In this document: piece after piece, positions 55,301-64,000 of the stretch | Layout of the letters: each line of letters starts with the position of its first letter | Numbering within the stretch: the first letter of the stretch is position 1 | Assembly (NCBI GenBank): GCA_051362555.1 | Contig: CM120645.1 | Coordinates: 5,456,001 to 5,520,000, forward strand | Direction of reading: 5' to 3' | DNA from: Lingula anatina | Taxonomy: Eukaryota > Animalia > Brachiopoda | Length of the DNA: 64,000 nucleotides | Notes under the pieces: model-generated | What the model saw: the letters and a program-made list of their open reading frames with translations, nothing else | What the model was told of the DNA's origin: nothing | The model's database searches: none | Program-made: the position numbers and the translations under genes

Positions 55301-58300
55301 AACAATAAGGTGATAAATGAGAGCATGCACAGAATTTATGAAGGCTTTCCAACTGAACTTAACACACCCGTCTACAAATTCCAGTGTGTACTAGTAGAAA
55401 GGCCAAGTATCAAGAAAAATTACTGGTGAACTTCTACAGCTCATTTCTCTTTAAAATTTTCTTTGTTCTGTTAATCACTAAGACTAGTGACAATGTTGCC
55501 AGCTGTTGACTGAACAGCAAGTGAAGTTATTTACAAAAGGCCAAGCAGTGTTTATTTATTACAGTTACTGACAAATCTTCAAAAGAACACAAAATTGAGT
55601 TGTGATAATGATCTAGTTAATCATTACCTTCATCCCTGTGAGTGGTAAGACATGGTTAAGTCTAAAACTCCCAGTAGAAGTAGGGGTGGTATACAGAAGC
55701 ACGTCATTGAACAGAAAGAACATCCTGGGCTGCAACACTTTCCGTGAAAGTTTTTCCAGGGTTCCTTGTTTTAGTAGCACCCGACCTGGTTTGATGACCT
55801 CAAATCCACCAACCAGGTTGCTTTGAACTTCCAGCATTTTTTGGAACTGGTCCTGGAATTAAATGATGGCTAAAAAATAGTAAGTGTGTCCTTCTGAAGT
55901 CAAATTATCATATTTGAATAAATTCCATAACTGCCCTATATCCCAATATTCAAGCTATCTTTAATGTAAGTTATAATTTCAAGCCAACAACTTAGAAGCA
56001 TCAATAAGGGTAATAATTATTATCTTCAGTTTAGTTCAGCTCATTTATTCATTCATTTATTTATTTATTTATTTGAAATAAAGCATCATGCAACTGCATT
56101 ATTATAGATAATACTCTTGTGAAAATAAGAAACTTACAAATTTCAAACACTTCACTTATTCCATTAGCAGGATACATTTCAATAAGAAGGGTGTGACTGA
56201 ATTGCGAAATACACCGCAATACAGCGCAACACAGCACAATACACTTGAAAAAAAAACAAGTCCAGTCACAAGTAAACACGGGAAAGGGTGAGTTTAAACA
56301 AAATTGGTTGATATGAAAGCAAAATATATCAATAAGTAATAAATATTGCTGATGCACCGCAAGAGATTGACACAATTTTTTCAATGTTGGGTCAGCCGCC
56401 ATGTTGGCAAGTGGCTCTTCTTGGCCAGTAATATATCCAAGAAGAGCTACTTACCAATATGGCTGCTGACCCAACAATATAAAAGTCTCACCGATTTGTT
56501 AAGTTTTATCTACGATATTACTTAAATAGTAATGTAGTTTGCTTTTATATCACCATACTTTGTTGGAAATGGCCGTTTCTTTTGTGTGTCTGCAACTGAA
56601 CTTGTTTTTTCAAGTGTATTGCGCTGTGTTGTGCTGTATTGCAGTGTATTGCGCATTTCAGTCACACCGCAATAAGAATGTCAACTTCACCCAACACTCA
56701 CCCCTTGTCTCATGGCTTCATTAGCATGATCTGCCACTGCACTCACTATCTCAAGAGCAACTGGAAAATTATGACATATATTACATTTTACAATTTTGGT
56801 AGGTATCATGTCATCAAATGCTCCCACAATAGACCTTAAATTACGCTGTGCAAAAGCTTTCCCTACCTGGCCTTAATATCTCAATTATAAATACAGTGTA
56901 TTTTAATAATAATTAATAAAACATGTTTCACATAGAAGTCACAAACAATATTTGTCCCTTACCTTCAGTATCCTTCAAGTCTTGTGAATCTTCAGGCAGA
57001 TGTTTCTTGTAATCTAGAATTTGCAGAAAAATATATTAATAATAATAATAATAATAATAATAAGACGAAATGCAACCGCTAAAACAACTACAGTCTCTGC
57101 ATTTTCCTATGCAAGAAATTATTCACAGTTGCTCACAAATGAACAGACATTATATGGGAATCCTCCGAGCAGGTTTTTAAAATAACCACCAATGCTTGCA
57201 AATGTGCAGACATTCAAAATGCCCTACCATTCAACAGAAGCCTGTACTGTGGTATCCTCTGTATTGGTTTCAGCATGTATGCTTTGAGGTTTAAGCTGGC
57301 ACAACAGTCTTTGGCCTGGAAATTGAAGAGTTTTATGTAGCAACCATGATTTTATACTGTCAATTACCGTAACAAATAATTGACTTCTTAATTTTTTTTC
57401 AGAATCTTCCTATCAGTGCTTCATCCCCATGGTATCAAACAGCTTCATGAAACAATTCACATGAAGATAATTGGATTCATTTTTACAGTTTCCATATGGG
57501 TATATTTTATCTAAAACATTAAAAGAGAGAAATAAATTGTGACACTCTTTTACTTAATAATAATGTCTTTTTTCAATAATAAAATTAGTGTTCCACAAGA
57601 AAATACCTACAGGCTACAGCATTTTAACACCAGATTTGGCCAAACATTTTTTTAATAGCAAAGAAATACTAAATCCTTTTATTACCTCAAATTTTTTTAC
57701 AGCCTCTGCAAACAAGGGGTACTCCTTGCAGGCCTCATCAAAGCGTTTCGATGTGTGCTCATATTCCCGAATATAGGTGGTGTACAACTTCAAGAAAGGC
57801 CCCTTCTTCACAAATATGTCTGCTATCCTGGGGTCCTCATCCCTGGAAGTAACACCAGTATCCACCAATAAGCAAGGTTCATATCAGTTTCAACTAAAAG
57901 CTACCCAAAATCAGCCTGCTTAGATTATAGTTTAAAAGACTAAAAACTGATAAATTTGCCTTATTACATAACTCTTATATCCCGTTTCACAAAAGACCTG
58001 CAATTTAGCCCAAAAATTTGTCTTAACTTTTAGACCAAAGTTTTGTCTACTTTAACCTATAGACAGACAAATCAGCAGTAGTCACCAAGCTGCAATTTGA
58101 CTCTGGAATTTTTTTTCCTGTGATATCTAAATTTCTTCACTTTTATCAGCTCTTGTGAATTCCAAGTCTTACTTCAAAAGAAGTAGACAGCACGCTGCAA
58201 TCTTACTTTGATTTTTTTTCTTTGTTTCTCTGATATATCAGTATTTTTTCATTTTTATCAGCTCCTATAATTTCAAGTTATACTCACCAGTTCTCAACTC

Positions 58301-61300
58301 TGCTTGTCAGATCTTTCAGCAGGTCTTCATTGAAATCCTCAAGCTGTGGCAGGTAGTTCAATAGTTGACAAAGAAGAGGATTTGGTATCACTGTCCTATT
58401 CATTTCTGTGGTCATCTCTGTTATAAAGTTTCTGAATTCCTACAACAGAGGCAACTTAAAATCAAATCCCCAGGCTGATAACTCAAATGGTGACAACCAC
58501 CATGTGTATAAACTGTTTTAATTATTTTTTCAAAGTTTCAAGCATATCAGTGAGGATTTTAGGAGGGATACAATGTATCAATCATGACATTTTCTACTTT
58601 AATGCATGATTCTTGCATAATAGAAACAAATGTCAGGGTCAGACAGAAGCCATCTTTCTGAAAGACTGGAAGACGGTCAGAATTTTTCAAATTTACTTTG
58701 AGGGGCGTCTAATTTTTACTGTCAGGAGATGGTTAAAAATGGAGGATGGATAAAAATAGATAATTTGGAAGACTGTCTGAAAAAAACCTCTGGATCTGCC
58801 CTGAATGTGATGCTTTTTGCTCCTCTTAATGGTATGTCTAAATTGTTGGTAAAATACTGTAGGGAATGACCAAATAGATGAGTCCATAGCATACTTACAA
58901 CATTAAGTAGTTTTAAGACCTCCACAAAGACCTTTTCTGATGTCATCATCTCCTTGGCGATGTAATAAATTTTACTTCTCTTGGGCTGGCCCTGAATAGG
59001 GAAAAAATTCACTTTAAAACTTTTTCATATTAATTCAACAATTTATAGAATGTTTTAAATACATTTCCTTACAGGAAATTTCAGCACCTCCCCCTTAATG
59101 TCCAAGTTATACCAAACCCAAAACACTACCAGTTCACTGAATTATGATCCATAATCCCATTTGCGAATGTTAAGTTTCTAACTTTTTATTCACTCTTGTA
59201 AAAGACATCTGAGAAATTGGTGAATTTCAGTAGGATTTGGAACTTTGAAATCATAAATCAGATTTGGAAAGTTTTTTCCTCATTTGCTTTATAAAGGTTT
59301 AATGTACATTGTTTGCTTTCCAAGTATTTGCAGTGTGTCACTACAGCCCTGTAGCCATCAATTTCAAAAAGGGGGTTCTTTTTTCTGAAAAAGTGGACCT
59401 TTTGCAATGAAACTTAAGTGTACCAGTACCTAGATCATATTTTACCCAGAATGGATTTTTTCCCCGGCAAAAAGGGCGGTTCTTTTGAACCCCCCCCCCC
59501 CCCTGGATACGGACCTGCACTGTCATGAGAATACACTAGTCCAAGTACAGTTTTAAAAACATTTAAGACTATTTTAAGCGGGAGGGTAACTGTAGTTGTT
59601 TCTCCACCCCCCACTCTCCTTAAAAATCCTCATCTCCATCTCTAATTTATTATGATTTATCATTACAAGTAAAAGGACATTTGCAGGTTTTTGTTCACTC
59701 TTCATCTTATTGTTCTTTCCACTATCCACCACACATTATAGCTGCCCTATCTCCATGACCCAGAGAGATAACCTGATAGTGTTTAGTTACCCACTGTTAT
59801 AACATTGTAATATTTAACTCACTGCTGATAACCTATGGTAATTACTCATTAAATCTGTACAAAATAAATTAATAACATTCTTTCATATTCACTATAATTG
59901 TAAATAATATATATTTTATGGAAATGTTGATTCCAAAATTCTGAAAACTTGGTTTCATGTCAGAAAAGGCAAATGCCTTAAAATGATAAAAGAGAGATGT
60001 TGGTCCAGGGACAAGCAATGCGTTTGAAATTACCAAATATTTGCCATAGCATTATCATAGTAACTGTCATATTATCTATGGCATACAGTGCTCAGTTAAT
60101 AGTACATCAATATAGATCACTCATAAATACCAAAGTTCTTAAAATAAGGAATAGTTCCCTGTCCTTATCAATGACAGTAATGGGTATAAGCAAAGAAGAA
60201 ATGACATGTTATAACATAACTGCTAATTAATGATCTACTCATTTTCAAATATCTTACTAGTAGAAAGAAAAATTTTGAAAATTATTAATGATACTAAAAC
60301 ACAATGACAGTGCTGTACATGACCTCGTTACAATAATAGACAGAAACTTCATAATAATTGTCCATTTGTTAAACATGACTGTTGTATCTCCTTCACTGAG
60401 ATGGCAATATGTGTTTGGACAGATGTGTAAATCAACTACTTCCCTATCAGTTTATGACTATATCATAATAAATGACTGGGTCTGTGCTAATATGATAAAA
60501 TATGTATGGCAAACAAATAGCTACATTATCTACAGAGTCACAGATAAACTGGTGAAAATCATCAAATATTTTCCTTGTCATATCACTTCTATTTTAATCT
60601 AAATTAAATATTTTTGAGACACAGGCAAAATAATTTTCCTGGTCAAATGAACATAAAGCCATAAAAAAGTACAGCAGTCATTTAAAGCATACTAAATATC
60701 AAGATAAAATACCAATTACAGGGGCGGATGCAGAGCTATTTTCTGACAGTCTTCCAAATTATCTTTATTGATTTATCCTCCAATTTTGACCGTCTTCCAA
60801 CACAAAAAATTAGATACCTTTTAATGTAAACTTGAAAATCTGACCGTCTTCTGGAAGACCCAGAAGATGGCCTAAATCCGCCCCTGAATTACTTTTCACT
60901 CAAAATATGCCATACTGTTGCTACTAACACCTACCTCATTCTGTGATCCATCACTATGCTCACTGTATATGGACTCAGCATAGGAATCTGGTCTGGAGGG
61001 TTCAGCATGGAGCCTCATGGTAACAGGGTGACGTCCTGGACCAATGCTCTCCTCCGTGCCATCCTCATCAACAGTGGACAGTGGGCGGGGACCCCCAAAA
61101 CTAGAGTCCGAGTCCGAGAATGAATTTGTGGGGCTTTCTGACCCCGCTCGGTAGTTGCTGTAGTCATTGTGGTCATCCCCAGCGTCTCTGAATACTGACA
61201 TATCTGAGTACTCCATGTCCTCCAATACTGCATTATTATCAGAACTTACATCATGTGACAGGTCAGAGGTCACTGGAGACCTTGAAACTCCACTCATATC

Positions 61301-64000
61301 AAAGTACTCATCCTCTGTGATAAGGGCAGCAGATGGAGACTGAGGTGGCATGTTTACATATGGCTTGATACCAGTAGTGCAGTGCCCCTGAACAGAAGGG
61401 GGTGGGGGTAAAAAATTAGCACATGATATGGCTCGAGTACCGTGTGATGGGAAGGACTGACCCTGGGGATTTGGGGTAGGGTCAGGGAGTGGCTTCTGTC
61501 CCTGCATATCAAAATACTCTTCTCCTGTGTCATCTTGATGAGAGTCTCCACCTGTTGGAAGGACCTTTTTGTAAGCTGTCATGTCAAAATATTCCTCTTC
61601 GTTATTATTTTCCAGCAGGGCTGTTTCAGATTTTAATCCTTGCATGTCAAAGTATTCTTCCCCTTCAAGATTGTCTTGTTTGGCAGCAATGCCCCTCATA
61701 TCAAAATATTCTTCACCCTCCAGAGAGTCCTGGGATTGCTGAGTCACAACAATAGATGGCACTGCTGTCTGACCTTGATCTTGACCTGATTCCACAAATA
61801 CATTGCCCACTTCCACAGTCTGTCTCTTTCTCCTTGGTGGTCGTGCTGGAGGGATATCACAGGCTTGTAGAGACTGGGAATGCTTCAGGTTTGTTGTTTT
61901 CGGAGGTGGGGGTGCAACAAACGCGGGAGGGGATAAGGGAGGAGTACATGATGGAGGCTCTACAAACTCATAGCCTGGAGGCTTAGATGCAGCTTTGACA
62001 ACAGGTTCCACATACTCATATGATGCTCTACGCGATTTATGCGTTTTTATTGGTTCTAAATACTCTTCCGCCTCATCAGACCCAACACTAGAAGTCTCCA
62101 CATGGTTAGAGCTGCTTGGGTGATTTATGCCTTCTACCTGCTCATATAAATTGCTGCCATCACTAACAGTGGTATCGCTACGAGACTTGATAAGTTCATA
62201 ATCATCATCATCTAGGTAAGAGTAAATGTGCTCACTGCTAGTCTGGGAAATATCTCCAATAGAGTGTCTCCTTGGAGATACTAGTCCTTCGGCCTGCATT
62301 CTCTCCAATGTCGTCCTCTTATTTCCTGGGGATGATGGTGTATTTGGAATGTCTCCACAAGGGGGTAGCACATGTGAAGCCTCCTTGTCTTGCAGGTTGC
62401 CGGGCAACTTCTTGGGAACAGGAGGAGCTGGTCTTGCTGGTACTAACTTTGGCTTATCTTGGCTGGTGCTTCCACTTGGTGCTTGAAGCCTACTCTTCAT
62501 GACCTGTGACAACATATGTTGAGCTTGACTAAATTTACTCTGATTCAAACCAGTTACCACTGATTCATCTTTTTTACCCTCTTTATTTCCTTCTTCTTTT
62601 TCTTCTTCTACAGAACTAACGGAACCAGATGCACTTGCTGTTCGGGACTTTGGTAATGGGGATTCAACAAAAAACTGGCTTCTACTGTTACTTCGCCCCC
62701 TCTCACTTTTGTGCGAGCCAACACTACTCTGACTAGATGTACGCTCTTTTTTCGAAAAGCTCAGCCTTTCTAGCACACTCATATTGTCTGACTTTCTTGT
62801 TTCTTTTTCAGTTTTGGTCACCTGTTGCTTAGCTTTTTTCGCTGGATTGTCTACTTGATTGCCTTTTTCTGGATCCTCTTGTCTGGGAGGTTTTCCTTCC
62901 TTAGCCCCATCATTTAGAACGTCCAGAAGGGTCCCCACTGATCTGCTGCGACGACACCTTCGACCATCTTCAACTTTTGAGGAAACATTACTCTCACCAT
63001 CTGGTGCACTCTCATATGAATGTCTTTTCTTGCTGTCTGGTTTTGGAGGACATGGCGGAGGAATCTTAAGTTTACCTTCATTTCCTACAATGTTTGTATC
63101 CTTCTTTTCACATGAATTTGTAGGCAAGATGGGCAATTTTGGTGGAATAGGCTTGAATTCTGCTACATTTTCACCAGAATGTTTAGAAGTTTCTCTACCA
63201 GTCTGATCCAACATATCCTCTTCTTTAGAATCTATGTTCTCCAATGGTGAAGTTTTGTTAGTTGTTGCATCCTGCAGTTTGGTAGCTTTTCTAGATCTTG
63301 GAGGCCTGGAAGGGGAACTGCCATCTTCTGCTGGAGAGTGGTCCTCTTTTAAATCTGAAGATGAAAACATTTTAAGGATGTTCGAAAAATTTGAAGGGCT
63401 CTCTTCTGAAGATTCTGGTTTAACAGTTACTTTTTCCGTTGCATTTGGTGAAGACATTTGACTCTCATTTCCATCTGACTGTTTTGAAACCAAATCATTC
63501 TCCTCATTTCTAATGCCAACACCAGAGGAACTTTTAGGTAAGGATGATGAATCAGTTGTTTCTACTACAGCAGAGTCACTGACATTCAAATTGGGAGGTG
63601 TCTCAGCTAGAAAATCTGGGACAGTTTCCCCCAATTTTGTGTCACCACGTTTCCTTGGCACTGGCCGTGGCTTTAATGCAGGAGACTTGCCACTTGTGCT
63701 GCCATCTGGTGTTCTTACTGCTGGTTTTCCGAGTTGGCTGCCTCCTGTCTCTTTATCCTTCGCTGAACCAAATTCAATGTGAGGTACAGATTGCACTACT
63801 TTTGATATCCTTGGTCTTGGCTTTGGTGTTGGTGAATTTCTGCCCATTGGCACTGGAGAACTACTCCCCGAAGACAATGGCGAATTTAGACCTGATAGTA
63901 CAGGTGATATCCTGCCTGTTGGTATAGGCGAGTTCCTACCTGCTGGTACAGGCGAGTTCTGGACTGTTGGTACAGGGTTAGACTTAAAATGGTGTTCATT
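46346..64000 (-). CDS. FGD6: FYVE, RhoGEF and PH domain-containing protein (FGD5/FGD6-like Cdc42 GEF), 5'-partial
   Basis: Exons >64000-60935, 58991-58899, 58439-58288, 57842-57686, 57315-57228, 57013-56963, 56760-56702, 55852-55628, 55069-54990, 54581-54479, 54237-54100, 53697-53598, (53186-53017 or 52956-52877), 49526-49404, 48836-48777, 46746-46649 and 46382-46346. DH (IAKEMMTSEKVFV, MLKPIQRIPQYRLLL), PH (LKQGTLEKLSRK..FFLFNDVLLY), FYVE (WIPD..RRHHCRACGK..RVCDVCF) and a second PH (MSGYL..WKKLWFVIKDKVLYTY). The symbol is the nearest family member, not proven orthology. Confidence 0.93.
48478..48658. mobile_element. Harbinger-like MITE (TTA TSD)
   Basis: GACCACATCACA...TGTGAATGTGGCC ends, inner inverted repeat GCAGATTGAATATGG/CCATATTTAATCTGC, and TTA on both sides. 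Confidence 0.75.
49628..49857. mobile_element. Harbinger-like MITE (TAA TSD) sharing interior sequence with 18813-19369
   Basis: GGGCCATTCAGAATAGAA/TTCTATTCTGAATGGCCC TIRs with TAA flanks. Interior ATTTAATTACT..GCAGGGAC..GGGGAGGC.TGTGAGAGGCGGAG matches the 19.2-kb element. Confidence 0.85.
49861..49993. mobile_element. Second Harbinger-like MITE abutting the previous one
   Basis: GCTGTATTCAGAACAGTG/CACTGTTCTGAATGCAGC TIRs; TAA on the left, CAA on the right. Confidence 0.7.
50472..52682 (-). mobile_element. Non-autonomous Helentron/HINE element carrying a 146-bp satellite array
   Basis: AACTAG end with hairpin GAGGCG-ATAC-CGCCTC. Subterminal inverted repeats TTGTACCACCAGC (~50509) and GCTGGTGGTACAA (52668-52680). 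Terminal palindrome GTACCGCCAGCG-CTAA-CGCTGGTGGTAC; (GCCGGCGGA)n minisatellite at ~52557-52625. Confidence 0.85.
50674..51662. repeat. 146-bp tandem repeat, about 7 copies
   Basis: The AGTAGG anchor recurs at 50821, 50967, 51113, 51259, 51405 and 51551, a period of 146. Confidence 0.95.
54010..54088 (-). pseudogene. Degenerate intronic duplicate of the adjacent FYVE exon
   Basis: Minus strand reads DYRVSIFTLCVT/FMFTFGRHHSNACS with one frameshift, versus DSRVSMCALCTTEFTVTFRRHHCRACG in the real exon. Confidence 0.7.
56189..56669. mobile_element. Fully palindromic fold-back MITE, 9-bp TSD (Mutator/MULE-like)
   Basis: CAATAAGAA at 56180-56188 and 56670-56678. The arms pair from GGTGTGACTGAA/TTCAGTCACACC inward to CTCTTCTTGG/CCAAGAAGAG around a 12-nt loop. 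Confidence 0.88.
58634..58803. mobile_element. CAG-ended MITE, 5-bp TSD AATGT; same family as 60719-60886, inverted
   Basis: CAGGGTCAGA...GATCTGCCCTG with AATGT on both sides. The interior is the reverse complement of the 60.7-kb copy. Confidence 0.8.
59344..59517. mobile_element. CAG-ended MITE with a poly-C tract
   Basis: CAGCCCTGTAGCCA...TGGATACGGACCTG with flanks CACTA/CACTG (imperfect 5-bp TSD). Confidence 0.65.
60719..60886. mobile_element. CAG-ended MITE, 5-bp TSD AATTA
   Basis: CAGGGGCGGAT...ATCCGCCCCTG perfect 11-bp TIR, with AATTA on both sides. Confidence 0.85.

Noticed and set aside
61489-63927. Several plus-strand ORFs of 75-115 aa
   Set aside because: Antisense shadows of the long FGD exon with no recognisable domains.

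Overview
AT-rich, intron-containing animal genomic DNA. The Helentron/HINE elements, SINE and gene content suggest a lophotrochozoan invertebrate, probably a mollusc (inference). Left to right: a decayed Tc1/mariner element; an ASB13-like ankyrin/SOCS-box gene (-); two tandem dynein light chain LC8 genes plus a third 5' relic (-); an F-box/WD40 gene (-) head-to-head with LAMTOR5 (+, 4 exons, 91 aa); a 5-exon, ~911-aa gene (+) combining a MyD88-like death domain, a Raf-type Ras-binding-like domain, a long disordered linker and a C-terminal SH2 domain, with NF-kB/IRF-like sites upstream; and an FGD-family RhoGEF-PH-FYVE-PH gene (-, 5' end outside the window) with seven YxxM motifs and a candidate mutually exclusive exon pair. 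Introns and intergenic DNA hold many MITEs, two Helentron-type non-autonomous elements and a tRNA-derived SINE. The Death-RBD-SH2 adaptor is the best candidate for an undescribed system. All exon models and domain calls were read by eye; no database search was run.
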